In this document: positions 1 through 12,625 of the stretch, in pieces
Numbering within the stretch: position 1 is the stretch's first letter
Layout: each line of letters begins with the position of its first letter
Assembly: GCA_951406725.2 (NCBI GenBank)
Contig: OX597829.1
Location: 25,606,001-25,670,000 of the forward strand
DNA from: Octopus vulgaris
Lineage: Eukaryota
Reading direction: 5' to 3'
Length of the DNA: 64,000 nucleotides
Program-made: the position numbers and the translations under genes
Notes under the pieces: model-generated
The model's input: only the letters and a program-made list of their open reading frames with translations
Databases searched by the model: none
Told to the model about the DNA's origin: nothing

Positions 1-233
1 ACACGTGTATGATGTAGAGTGTCATTTGAAGAAGATATGACTGTTGTTTGAAGTAGATCTGATACAATAAATACCTATCCATTGGAATCTATTCAATCCA
101 CTACACTTCAGAGTATTGATTAGCCGTCTACAATGCAAAGTGAAAAATCTGAGCACAACCATTCATTACCAAATAACCTCTAATTTTGGTTTAACTAAAA
201 TTGGTCCACATTAGCTTTTGCATGCAGCATTAA

Positions 234-451
234 CCCTTTTGTTACAGTATTTATTTTGAGATGCTCTGTTTCTTTTAATTACTTTAAATATAACAAAGAA
301 TTTAGCAAAATAACTTAGTTATCATTCAGCTAGCATTAGGAACATAAATTGTGACTAAGGTTTGGTGGAAGATTTGAATTCAAAACTTATGAAAACAAGA
401 CATTTGTACACAGAGCCAGAGCTGGTTTCAGCTGGGTTGGTAATGAAAGGG
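234..451. mobile_element. piggyBac-like MITE, family P1
   Basis: TTAA target duplications at 230-233 and 452-455; terminal inverted repeats CCCTTTTGTTAC / GTAATGAAAGGG; homologous copies at 16193-16413 and 16610-16824. Confidence 0.85.
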
Positions 452-1444
452 TTAAGTGGATAGATCACATCATCTAGCACCATAGATGAAGATAAAACCT
501 GCCATATTTGTTGCATTACACACATTGACTAGAGAGGCCCCACCCCTACACTAGGTTGTTTCTAGTTGTTACTCCATTTAGCATAATTCTACTGTGTATT
601 TTATTATGTTACTAATACTAGGAAAATGAGCATGTATGTATATACATGTACCTCCTTGCATCATACACATCTCCACGGTTAAAAAACCAAATCTAAATGA
701 CATTTGTTTAATGATGTAGCACCACTTACCAAAGTCATACCTATGATCCTCACCAGCACATACCTTTCAAGTATCTTGCTGTGTCAAAATAGCAAGCCTT
801 AGTAATTGCATTAGTTTTTCCCTTTTTCGGTGGGCAGGGGACATTGTAGACTGTTAGCAACTGTGTTCTTCATTCAGATAGCAAAGCATGATTGGAGGGG
901 GATTTTGGCCTTTATTTTAAGCAAGCTGTTCATTGGCTCAGAGAGGGTTAAGAGTAGGTAATGTACAAAGTATACACAGTAATGTACCAATGATAATTAT
1001 CATCATGCTTAATTAGTAAAGTTAATTACTGAAGTACAGTAGATATGATGATTCCCACCCACTGCTCATGCTCTAAATACTTCAAACACTTAATCTCTAT
1101 GATTGGTGCAATAATATAATAGTAGGCCATATTCAAAACTCTTGTAAGAAAAGAGAGAGATGATTGCACACAGAATGGAAGACAGAAGACAAACAGGCAA
1201 CTGTATCTATACATATATAAACAAGTAGTGTAAGTGGATTCAGAGAATTGTGTGGTTACTACTGATCACATGATTCTCAGAATCCACTTATGCTACTGAC
1301 CAAATCAATCTAATTTTGTTCATTTTTGGCTTTCCATACATTGTATATAAAGAAATTTCATGTGCATATTTAGGGTTGAATTGTTGGTGTAACCACGTTA
1401 CCTGTGATCTGATGAGCTAGCTTTCATGCTGAGTATTCATATTA

Positions 1445-1650
1445 CAGTAATCCCTCACCATAATGCAGTCATGGTTTATTATATAAGCTTACGTTGATTC
1501 CTTTATAGTGTTGTTTTGCATTTGTAATAAAATAAATATATGCAAACTATAAAAATAAAAAAAACATACAGTATTGTTTCTACTTCATGCATTTTCATCT
1601 ATTGCGAGGGTCTTTGGAATGTAACATCCACGATAGTTGAGGGCTTACTG
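1445..1650. mobile_element. Tigger/pogo-type MITE
   Basis: TA|CAGTAATCCCTC ... GAGGGCTTACTG|TA terminal inverted repeats with TA duplication. Confidence 0.75.
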
Positions 1651-1656
1651 TAATGC

Positions 1657-2115
1657 AATCATCGTCATTGTTTAACGTCCGTTTTCTGGGGTCTGGGAAG
1701 TCAGGAGGCTGCATCAAGCACCAGTCTGATCTGGCAGTGCTTCCACAGCTGGATGCCCTTCCTAATGCCAACCACTCCGTGAGTGTAGTGGGTGCTTTTT
1801 ATGTGCCACCGGCACAGGGGCCAGGGGAGGCTGGTAAACAGCCATGATTGGTTGATGCCTTTTACGTGTCACCGACATGGGCACCAGTCAGGCGGCACTG
1901 GCATCAGCCACGTTCGGATGGTGCTTTTTATACAATTTCCATTTGATTTTTATTTTGATGTTATGTTGACATACTTGACTCAATAGGTCTCCTCAAGCAC
2001 AGAGGGTCACTCTACAACCCAAGGTTAGCACAGCAGGCCGTCCTGCGAGCCATGAACTCACTTCATTTATCGGGTCTTCGCAGTCACAGCATATCTCAGA
2101 GGTGCCACTCTTTCG
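1657..2115 (-). mobile_element. SINE or non-autonomous retroelement with RTE-like 3' tail
   Basis: Minus strand has GGCATTAGGAAGGGCATCCAGCTGTGG and ends GGACGTTAAACAATGACGATG; the same tail occurs at 25161-25293. Boundaries approximate. Confidence 0.65.
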
Positions 2116-2871
2116 TCAAGCATAATTTCTTTTATAAAAATTAACAGTGCCAAAGAAGGTTGTGAAATAAACAAACCCTATGGAAATCATATGGTTAAAT
2201 ATATATTCACCTCTCTTACTACTTGAGTCTATGGCTTTATGATATATAAACACAAACACAAATAAGCAGTAAACAGGAGAAATAGTCATTACAAAAATGG
2301 AATGCAATAGTTTATTTAGGGTGATTCAGTGTTGTCTAAGGACATGTAGAGGGGAACTCAAGATTAACAGGTTACTATATTGGCCTAAATAAAATACATT
2401 ACATACCACTCATAAAAGCTAGATAAATTGTCAGGTAATATACAGATAAACAAAGTTAAGCAGCATAAATTAGATATTCCCCTTGACCTGCTAGAGACAA
2501 CAACCAAAATCACCCTTAAATGATACTTAAAGGAAGGATAACAATGTAGTCAAAAGTACATTGTGACTGAATAAGTGATAGTCCAACTACACTGGCCAGA
2601 GCACATCTGATTAGAGTGGGGCTAGGGCTAAATAATAACACCAAATATTGAATCCCTTTAACTTGATGTTTGACAGCTATTGAATAATGGTTACACATTT
2701 TATGTGTGTGTGAGTAAAAGGAACAGTTTCCCCTTGTAGTCCAGTAGACAGAAACACAACTTGATTATTGTGGAAGCTCATATTCAGTTTTCTGTCACTA
2801 CACTATTTGTAACTAGTCTTACACTATCTTAAAAAAATCTTTACATAAATGTGTCTCACTATTTAGTAACC

Positions 2872-3104
2872 TATTTCTTTACTACCTACAAGGGGCTACA
2901 CACAGAGGGGACAAACAAGGACATACAAACGGATTAAGTCGATTATATTGACCCCAGTGCGTAACTGGTACTTAATTTATCGACCCCGAAAGGATGAAAG
3001 GTAAAGTTGACCTTGGCGGAATTTGAACTCAGAATGTAGCGGCAGACGAAATACCGCTGAGCATTTCGCCCGGCGTGCTAACGTTTCTGCCAGCTCGTCG
3101 CCTT
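2872..3104 (-). mobile_element. tRNA-derived SINE, family A (full length, young)
   Basis: Minus strand has A-box/B-box-like head (GAGCTGGCAGAAACGTTAGC...GAGTTCAAATTCC) and conserved core CCTTTCATCCTTTCGGGGTCGATAAATTAAGTACCAG. Perfect 14-bp TSD ACTATTTAGTAACC at 2858-2871 and 3105-3118. Confidence 0.9.
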
Positions 3105-3854
3105 ACTATTTAGTAACCAGTGTTTAAGATCCTGTAATGTAGCAGTTCAGTATAAAGAAACAGATAGGGTAAATTGGGTAAGTACTAGCCTTAATAAGTA
3201 CTGGGGGTGGGGGTGATGATGATGATTGAACTCTGAAAAAATCTACCAAAGAAGTGCCCCAGGATGGCCACAGTCACTGACTGAAACAAGCATAAGAATC
3301 TATTGCATGTATTTAGTCACAATATATACTATATATAGTTATTGTGTATATATTGTGACTGTGTGTATGTGCATCCAAATGTATTTTTAAAGTGATGACT
3401 TGACATAACATTGTCAGGTTAACAGTTCATAGCAACTGCTCCCACTCCCACTATCAGCAGTGGGGTAACTGAAGAGAAATGTCACCCCCACCTCCTTAGG
3501 GATGGGGGCAACAAATGTAAAGATGAACTTGAAAAGATGGTGAGTGAGGGTGGGGGGAAGAATCTACTCTAATGTTTTACTCACCTTCCTTACATTCAAC
3601 TTTTTACCTTCTGCACAGGAGGAGGAGGAAGGGAGCTATGGTAGAGTGGGAGGAAGGGAGGGGAGAATTAGTTCATGGAGGTGATTGGGAGGTGGGGAGT
3701 AAGGAAGCAGAGAGAATTATTTGATATAGGTGACAAGTAAGATGGGAGAAGGGGCAAGAGTTATGAAGCTGGTGATACCCCCTCCTCCCCAAGTAGTTAG
3801 GGGCAGGAGTGGAGGTTGGCATAATGACCTTTAACAGCTGGTAGGGAATAATAA

Positions 3855-4500
3855 TAATCTTTATTATAGGTACAAGTCTTGAAATTTTGAAGGAGGGGGC
3901 CAGTTGATTATATGGGCCACAATACTAAACTGGTACTTATTTTATGGGCCCCAAAAGGATGTAAGGTAAACTCAATCTCAGCAGTATTTGAACTCAGAAT
4001 GCTGTCACTTCAAGCTTAATAATAAAGATGATAATCTTTTCTACTGAAGGTACAGAGCCTGAAATTTGGTGGGAGGGGACTAGCCGATTACATTAACCCC
4101 AGTACTCAACTGGTTCTCAATTTATGGACCCGAAAGGATGAAAGGTAAAGTCAACCTCAATGGAATCTGAACTCAGAATGTGAAGACATGAAATGCCACT
4201 AAGCATTTCACCCCAGCGTGCTAATGATTCTGCCAGCTCACCACCTTAATAATAATCTTAATTTTGGCACAAAGCTTTGAAGTGGTTGGGGTAGTTGTAC
4301 AAACCATGGGCCCTAGCATTTGTCTGGTAGTATATTTTCTGGCCCTTGAAAGGATGAAATTCCACTATACATTTTGACTCGAGTGCTATAAGGATTCTAC
4401 AAGCTCAATGCCTTTTTATGATAATTATGATTATTTTATCTCTAATATAAGCACAAGGCCAGCAACTTTTGGATGAGGGACTAGATGATATCACAGACAC
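3855..4500 (-). mobile_element. Cluster of three to four decayed family-A SINEs in tandem
   Basis: Repeated CTGGTACTTATTTTAT...AAAGGATG...TTTGAACTCAGAAT blocks near 3930 and 4110, and a more decayed one near 4325, each preceded by (AAT)n-like tails. Confidence 0.75.
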
Positions 4501-4713
4501 CACAGATAGTGTATGGAAGCTTGAGCAAGCATCTACTATTGCCTCAGGCTAGCCAAAGCTCTGTGAGTGGGTTTGGCTGATGGAAACTAAAAGAAGTTCA
4601 TTGTATGTTCTGTGTGTGTGTATTATACGTCAAGAATAACTATTATTTCTTTCAAAAGAGACAAAGAGTAAATAGGACTGCAAAAAAGAAGTGCTCAAAT
4701 AAATGAGGCAAGA

Positions 4714-5580
4714 ATAATTAAACATTGGTCATAGAACAAACATTAAAATAAGTTATATATAAGACATACAAACACAGAAAATCACCAAAGGTAAAAAATA
4801 TACATATATGTGAAAAAGACATGTATAGGAACATCCCATCAAAAAACGACTAAAAATTTATAAAATACTAAAAATACTGAGAAAGCAGGTAAACAAATAA
4901 TGAATGAATTAACTAAAAAGTTATATTTACTTTACTCACTCACACCAAATATAATAATCCACGAGTAATTTTTTTTTCTTTTCCAAATCAAAAAATATGT
5001 CCATACAGAATATAATAGTTCATGAGTAAGGTTACTCAGATTAAACTAAACACATCATCTATGGCCATTTTGGGAGCACATCACCATAGATTGCAATTGA
5101 TGCACATCACAGCAATGACCCCCTTATCAGGATGAAAAGAGAGATAGGACACATATACAAGACCAGGTCTTGTATATGTGTCCTAATTGCTCTTTTCATC
5201 CTGATGAAGGGGCCAGGTCTTGTATGTGTGTCCTATCTGTATGGATGTATTTTTTGATTTAGAAAAGAAAAAGAAAACTACACATGGTTTTTTACTCATG
5301 GATTATCTTTTGGTGTGAGTGAAGTAAATATAACTTTTTAGTTGATTTATTCATTATTTGTTTACTCACCATCTCAATATTTTTAGTCTTTTAAGTTATT
5401 TTATAAACTTTTAGTTGTTTTTTGATGGGACGTGATTTTTTTCGCATATATGTATATTTTGATTTATATATTATGCAAGCCATGGTAATATTTATTTATA
5501 TATGATGTATGTTGAAGGTTTGATACTGTATATAAAGTTAACTCATTTTAATGTTTGTTCAATGACCTATGTTTAATTAT
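4714..5580. mobile_element. Long imperfect palindrome, probably inverted Penelope-type pseudo-LTRs
   Basis: Arms match as reverse complements along their length (ATAATTAAACATTGGTCATAGAACAAACATTAAAAT vs ATTTTAATGTTTGTTCAATGACCTATGTTTAATTAT). Perfect 20-bp inner arms around 5165. Carries a hammerhead motif and sits in the internal microsatellite of a family-B SINE. Confidence 0.75.
5055..5135 (-). ncRNA. Decayed minimal type I hammerhead ribozyme
   Basis: Minus strand: TCATC-CTGATAA-GGGGG...CTCCC-AAAA-TGGCCA-TA-GATGA. Restoring three CpG transitions and one G>A gives CTGATGA...CCC-GAAA-CGGCCG-TA. Stem I is TCATC/GATGA. Confidence 0.65.
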
Positions 5581-5986
5581 ATATATAAATTTATCTTTGA
5601 GTCTGAATCTGTCCCCTAACACTGCTTGACAATTTGTATTGGTGTGTGTATGTCCCTGTAAACCTCTTTTGTCATAGGCAATAATGATTTCATATACTAG
5701 TAACTAATAAAAAGAGTCCATTTCTGGCAATACTTGGTAGGTACACATTTTAGGATTGTCAGTTAAAATGGGAGTGAGGGTGGCAGCAAAATATACTCTG
5801 ATGTATTTAATCTAATTTGTAGAAATATATAAAATGCTAAAAACATTTTTTAATGTATAAGAGAAATTATAAATGGTAATCTGTGAAGCCTTAACTTTAG
5901 GTTTGGTAGATGGAATGTATGGGGGTTCATGGTGTGTGTGTGTATATAAATATATACATATAAATAACACAAATGGATTTTAAAGG

Positions 5987-6059
5987 TTCACAACAGCCGT
6001 TTCAGCTGGATGAATAGTCTGATTCCACTACACAAAAAAATCAGCTTTCATCAGGTAAA
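5987..6059 (-). ncRNA. Minimal type I hammerhead ribozyme with intact core
   Basis: Minus strand: TTTAC-CTGATGA-A-AGCTG...CAGCT-GAAA-CGGCTG-TT-GTGAA. Stem I TTTAC/GTGAA, stem II AGCTG/CAGCT, near-palindromic stem III. Confidence 0.75.
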
Positions 6060-6449
6060 TTTAAACTTAGGTAGAAGATTAAAAGCAACCCACTTTGTTA
6101 AACATTATCCAAGCAAGTGAGAGATGCAAAGAACAGCTGAAATTTCATGAGTTTCAATGTATCCACATGTGACAGAGGTGAAAGACAAAATTTCAAGGAA
6201 CTCCATTACAACCTATTATGTCTTCAAAAGGGACTATGGAGATAACAAAAGATAGGAAGAAAACAGAGAAAAAGGAAGAAAAATTAAGGTGCTATGGAGG
6301 GAGAATTACCTTTGCAGCATAGATAGGGAAATGTTCTAGGTAGCATCAGAATGTCTACAAACCATTTGACACTCATCTGCACACACACACATGTATATAC
6401 ATATCTACATATACACACAATCATAAACTCAAACATACATATACATGCA

Positions 6450-6679
6450 CAGGTTGTGCACAGTAAAACTATATCAACTCTGACTCACAATATCTTTATT
6501 CTTTAATATAAACCAGTTATAAGATACAGGCCTACTCAAAGTACAAGCGTATGCATATGCTTTATGAGATATGTAGACCACAATCACTTAAATACATAAA
6601 GAGGAGTCATGAGTCGGAGGTGACAATAGTACAGGAGTCAGAGTCAGTCAAAGTTTTTTGTTTCAACTCCACAGCCCTG
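6450..6679. mobile_element. hAT-type MITE
   Basis: Perfect 8-bp TSD TACATGCA at 6442-6449 and 6680-6687; ends CAGGTTGTG ... CACAGCCCTG; internal GGAGTC(A/G)GAGTC subterminal repeats. Confidence 0.8.
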
Positions 6680-7518
6680 TACATGCACACACATAAAAAC
6701 GGGAAAAACACACATAAAAACTGGAAAACACACACACAAGCCTACATATGTACATACATATATACACACACATATACATAGTGGAGTACTGTATAACAAT
6801 TCTATGCACATACATATAAACATACATACACACACACGTACACCTAATAAAGTAACAATGTCCCTCCCACTATTTGATAACTGGTGTTGCTTTGTTTGTA
6901 TCCCTGAAACAGTGGTTCAGCAAATGATACAGAATAAGTACCACACATAAAAACATGTACGAGGGTCTGTTTGGCCAAACCCATCAAGGCAGTGCCCCAG
7001 CATGGGAGCTGTAGTCCAATGACTGACATAAGATACCATCTGAAATGGTCAGACATCAAATCAAACATGCCTCTATACTCCAAAACTGTTCCCTACTTGG
7101 AAGAGATTTTCTTAGCAAAATATTTTCTGTCAGGCTTTTTGCTGAGGCCTGACAGTTAACATGGAGAAAAATAGAAACAACAAAACCTAGTATTTTATAT
7201 ACATGTTGTACAATGAATGTAATACAAATAATGTGCAAGACCAGAAACATGAGGAATAAAGATAACACTTAAGTCCAGAATGAAGAAAAGCAAAGCTGAT
7301 TATCATAAAATTTGAATTCAGAACGATAAAAACACTGTCAGGAGTGTTTAATGATTCTGTCAAACCAATGCCTTTTTGATTTACTGAAGCACAAAGCTTT
7401 AAATTTGTGGGTGGTAAGTTTATTCAACCAATCCCCAGTACTTAACTTATTTGATCAATCTTGGAGGTATGAAAGACAAAGTTGACATTAGTAGGATTTG
7501 AACTCAGTGTTAGAGCTC

Positions 7519-7848
7519 AAACCCCCACCAAGGCAACAATGTCCTCACAACGATTAGTCAGAGAATATCTAAAAAAAACTTAAATGCTCTCAGAAATGAA
7601 AATACTAAAAACAAACCCAACCGCTCTCAAAAAAAAACAAAAAAAAAAAAACAGGAAAAATTATCCAGAATCCTTGTACAGTACTGGATTGATCCACAAA
7701 TCTAATGAGTTTGTGCTAGTCACGAGGCCAAACATCGCTGAAAGTTTCATCCAAATCCATCCAGTGGTTCTTGAGATATCTTGTCCATGGCCAAACAAAC
7801 AAACATGACTGAAAACAATACCTCCGTATTCGCTAAGGCAGAGGTAAT
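7519..7848 (+). mobile_element. Non-autonomous Helentron (HINE/DINE-1-like)
   Basis: 5' ACCCCCACCAAGG subterminal repeat; AAGTTTCATCCAAATCCATCCAG core; (CAAA)n; 3' stem-loop TACCTCCG...GGCAGAGGTA. Confidence 0.65.
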
Positions 7849-8024
7849 TAAAGTAAAATATTTCTGATAGCAGCAATGCTGTTAATCTCACATTAATAGG
7901 TACAAGTGTTAAAATATACGCGAGATTAGTCACTGTTCAGTTACCACTCCAACCATGACGGTCTCAGTTTTTTTTTTTCAAGAGCATAAAGCACTCAGTC
8001 CTCTTGCTATAAGACATACAACCT

Positions 8025-8300
8025 AGTTGTTAGGGGCCCTGCACTTAAATCAATAGATCGTGATTTCGATTCGCAGACCAGGTAGTGTGTTGTGTTCTTG
8101 AGCACAACACTTCATTTCACATTGCTCCAGTTCACTCAACTATGTCTTCCAGCAATAACTGCAAAATTAACTGTTACAGACTGGCATCCCATTCATCCTC
8201 TTCAGGGATTTGGGTAGTGTTGTAATTTCAGCCATTTATATGCCATGGGAAACAAGCTTCAGTCTTATGAGCACTAGGGGTTCATGATAAGCTGAGTGAG
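8025..8300 (+). mobile_element. Old tRNA-derived CORE-like SINE
   Basis: B-box-like ATTTCGATTCGC followed by TTGTGTTCTTGAGCACAACACTTCATTTCACATTGCTCCAG. Confidence 0.55.
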
Positions 8301-9524
8301 TTTAGTTACAACAAAGGCTCTTAATTTTTTTTTTTTTTACAATGAAGAAGACAAAAGTCACTTAAAAGTTCTGATGTATGAAATAACCCCAAGATGTAAT
8401 ATGACATTTAAGGAATAAAAAAACAAAAAGGCATAGCAATCATGGCCGGATTTGAACCTGAAGTGAGAAATGAAACCAAAAGAATAGCACATACATCTCT
8501 CTACTGTATATAGTAGTGTACAGATATCTCCAAACATGAAATATCTCAACACAATACTAATTCAAAGCTGGCTAATGAAGCAGTTGTATATCTCATTCAT
8601 TTATGTAATTTTAGAATCATTTGAACTATTTTCAGTTAGTGCTTTTGTGTATGTACATATACACATGTATATATGTACACATGCACATCATTTTATCACC
8701 CTTTTTTATTAGCCACTTTTCCATGTAGCAATAATCAGACAAAATTCAACATTGATTATTCATGTCTGGATGCCCTTCCTGTTGCCAACTCTGTCATTTA
8801 TTTCCAAGACAAATGGAAATAAAATGATACAGCTACATGACAGTGACATGTAGTTGTGTCATAGCCATCATGTGAAGTTGAGACAAGGTCAGACCTCCCC
8901 TACACATGATGGGCTTCTTGCTCTTTTGCAAAATTTGCAAGGTCAACCTGGAGCTATATTTAGATGTGCTCAAGGTGCCCATTCTTACCTTTTAGCCTCT
9001 CATCACCTAGCATAAAGCCACATCCCTTGATACTATTCCTCCTTTCGATTGAGGGGTCTTGTTTTGTGAGTTAATGACCTCCCTAATGCCATTGTCATAT
9101 AAAAAGCATCCAACTATAAAACTATGTTAAAGCAGACTTCTAGCTTGCCAGACCCTATCAAACTATCCAACCAATGCTAGCATGGTAAATGGGATAAATG
9201 ATGATGATGATGATGATGATAATGCATACAAATGGCAACAGCATTGTCAACAAGGTTAAAATGCCTGGTCTGCAATCATGAGGTCTAAATTTGAACCCTC
9301 TGCATAACATCTTGGGCAAGTACTTTAGCCTCTGGTCAATCCAAATCTTGTGACTTGAAACTGAACAGGCAAAAAAAAACCCAACCCCGCACAAGTGCAT
9401 CTGATTGACAATACCAATAACTCAAGGTCCCAACCTTGTCGCAAACTGATTATGTAATAAAGTACATGTAACTGTGGAATACTCAACCTCATGGATTGAG
9501 CAATTAAATACTCGTACATAAAAC

Positions 9525-9824
9525 CAATGTTTCTCAATCATTTTTTGACTATGTGCCCCTTTGATTACTATTTTACTCTAGTGGACCCCACAGATTCTCG
9601 ATGTTTAAAAACTAGTTTTAAAGATACTTATTTCAAAATTCCTATTTTGTTTTTCAAACATTTGACTGTCAAATGTTAGAGAAAGAAATCAAGCTTTTTC
9701 TTCTAATAAATACATCTAAATCAAAATTTTGTCATGGACCCTTAATATACTACTGTATACACAATTTATTATTTTGCTTGTGTGGATACCCAGGGATCAT
9801 ATAGACCCTGGTTGAGAACAACTG
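9525..9824. mobile_element. hAT (Charlie-like) MITE
   Basis: TIRs CAATGTTTCTCAA / TTGAGAACAACTG; degenerate 8-bp TSD CATAAAAC / CATGAAAT; similar termini at 52221-52364. Confidence 0.7.
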
Positions 9825-10149
9825 CATGAAATGATATATATTTACACACACACTCATTGTACCTCTAACCCAGCACACTAGTGTTGTATTTATGGTCCTA
9901 TTGTAAATTACATTTAGGTTATCCATAATTTCAGAAAATTTAAACATGCTAAATACAGCTGAAAGAACACCTGATTACTCATCATTGAAATGGATGAACA
10001 ATTTATCACCTAAATATGTATACATGTAGTTTTATTATTTAATGTCTATGGCTGCTACACCAATCAGTTGGAGCCTGGACAGCTCCCTGCTAGCTCCATG
10101 TCAAACCCTCCAACATGTGCCAGCATGGAAAGTGGATGTTAAATGATGA

Positions 10150-10522
10150 TTTTCCATGCTTACATGGGTGAGATGGAATTTGTCGACGCAGATATTTCTA
10201 CAACCAGAAGATCTTATCACCAACCCTTATTTCCAAATGTCTAAAAGGTTAATATTTCTCCATGACCAGGCATTTGTTTTTGCTGATTATTAGAAATGAA
10301 TAACCCTGATTGATACTCATTTACAATCATCACATGATGTCAAGACAAAGGTTTATACAAACACACAAGCATGCACACACATACACATTTATGACAAGCT
10401 GTCAACCAACCAAATACATTCAGAGCAGGGCTATAATAGAAGTCATTTGCCCAACATGCCAAGTAGTGAGATTGAACCCAAAATTATATAGTTGGGGAGC
10501 ATGCTTCTTAACCACACAGCCT
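10150..10522 (-). mobile_element. SINE family C (tRNA/CORE head plus RTE-like tail), decayed
   Basis: Shares the head with family B (CTTGCCCAA...GAACCC...ACCACACAGCC on +) but has a different tail ending in (TGA)n. Confidence 0.7.
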
Positions 10523-10569
10523 TACCTGAACTTCACAACTCTGCCAGTAATTACACCCATAGATGCATG

Positions 10570-10790
10570 TGCTTGGGAAAACATTAAAAAATTGTATGTG
10601 TGCAAATTATATGCATTGTGCAAGAGAGGAAACAGTACTGGTTTGGTCACATTATGCGGATTGATGACGACAGTTGCATAAAGTGATCACTTAAAGTAGA
10701 GGCAAGTTGAGGAAGAGTGAGATCCAGGAAGACCTGGGATGAAGTATTTAAGTCTGATCTCAAAATGCTGAAGACCCACCCATCACAACA
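10570..10790 (+). pseudogene. RTE-type LINE reverse transcriptase C-terminal fragment
   Basis: Translates with breaks as QER..YWFGHIMRIDDDSCIK...GRVRSRKTWDEVFKSDLKML, matching the RTE motif RLRW(F/Y)GHVMR...GRPRKTW. Confidence 0.7.
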
Positions 10791-11189
10791 AAATTGATAT
10801 CCTAAAAACCAAAGTGCCATATAAAAAGCATTTGGTGCTGGTGCCATGTAAAAAGTACTGGTGTGTATGCATGCAAGCATGCATACATACACACACATTT
10901 ACTACAAACACAGTTTTGGAAGAAAATATGTCTCCCAAAAATACAGTACAATCTCAGGAATGACAAGATTTCCAATGATAAAATAGAGAAAAATACCTGA
11001 AATATTTTAATCTTAATATAAAATATTTCCTAGTTAACCTAAATCAAGTTGAATTCAGCTTAGTACAAAATTAATTTGAAGTCACAAAACTGTCAATCAA
11101 GTTTAATACACAAAAGTTGTTTTCATTTGCAAACTGCAGTACTTTATGTATTGTTTTAATAGCCACTTTACTATCCTTACATATGGGGT

Positions 11190-11762
11190 GGGGTGGTTGC
11201 TGAATTGAATTTTCTACAGCTGGGTGCTCCTGTTACTAACCCACACCTGTTTCCAAGTAAGGTAATATTTCCCAATGACCAAATATGCTTTCACAGAAGC
11301 CTAGAGATGAAGGACACCACTTGCATGATGGTAACATTTACAACTATCACATGATATCAAAAGCAAGGAGACAGCGGTAACACACACATGGTTTCTTTCA
11401 GTTTCTTATTTCTTTATTGCCCACAAGAGGCTACACACAGAGAGGACAAACAAGGACAGACAAAGGGATTAAGTCGATTAGATCAAGCCAGTGCATAACT
11501 AGTGCTTAATTTATTTGACCCTGAAAGGATGAAAGGCAAAGTAAACCGCGGCAGAATTTGAACTTAGAACGTAACAGCAGATGAAATACTGCTAAACATT
11601 TTGCCTGGTGTGCTAACGTTTCTGCCAACTCGCCGCCTTTAATTTTCAGTTTCTGTCAACCAAAACCACTCAAAAGGCTTATGGCAGCCTGGGGTGTCAT
11701 GCAGTAGGACTGAGCCCCAAACTACATGGTTGGGAAGCAAACTTTTTACCTGACAGCCATGC
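11190..11762 (-). mobile_element. Family-C SINE interrupted by a family-A SINE (11407-11643)
   Basis: The nested copy is bounded by an 11-bp TSD TTTCAGTTTCT at 11396-11406 and 11644-11654. Confidence 0.8.
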
Positions 11763-12274
11763 ATGTACCTATTATCATAGTTAATAATCTGATTGCAAAT
11801 TGTCTTAAGATGGTAAGTTTGTGTCATAGACCCTGGGATGGTCTCAGGTGGTTTGATAGCAAAAAGGATCAATTCGTCTTTTTACCTTTGCTAAAAATTA
11901 CCATCATCCCTATTTTATTATTATTAATACTACTATACTGGGTTTGCATAAAATTAGAATTATTCACGACGGTAAAATGAGTAGGTTACTGTGTAATTGA
12001 CTTGCAAAATCTGTTTCAGCTCATTACATTTTGAGTTCAAATCCCACCAAGATCAGTTTTTTACCTTTCATCATTGAAAGGGAACATATAAAGTACCAGT
12101 CAAGTAATTGTGTAAAACTCACCCCACCTCCTTCAAAATCTGTAGCCTTGTACCTCTCTTAAGTTGTGGGACCTGAGCAATAATTTCTAGGTAAGACATA
12201 AGGCTAGTTTTACCTCTGTGTTAAATTCGGGGTTAACAAAATATATATAAAGTGCTGGTGAGACTGCCAATAGT

Positions 12275-12625
12275 TGCAGGTGTGACTGTATGGTAAGAAG
12301 CTTGCTTCCGAACCACATCGTTTCAGATTCAGTCCCGCCATATGGCATCTTGGCCAAGTGCCTACAATATTCCAAGGCTGTGTAAAGTTTTGTTTGTGGA
12401 CATGGTAAGTGCAAACTCAAAGAAGCCTGTCGTGTATAAATTTGTTACTTCATTTCTTATCTTCTATGTAACATGTCTGGCCATGGGTAAATATTACCTT
12501 AATTGGAAACAAGCAAGGGCTGGTGACAGGAAGTGCATCTGGCCATAGAAAATCTACCTCAACAAATTCCATCTGACCCATGTGAGTATGGTAAAAAAAC
12601 ATAACTGTTAAAGAAGATGGCAATG
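12275..12625 (+). mobile_element. SINE family C
   Basis: TGACTGTATGGTAAGAAGCTTGC head, CTTGGCCAAGTG CORE-like segment, GACAGGAAGTGCATCTGGCCATAGAAAATC tail. Confidence 0.7.

Noticed and set aside
8358-8552. 64-aa minus-strand ORF near a good acceptor at about 8458
   Set aside because: No recognisable protein similarity and no convincing donor.
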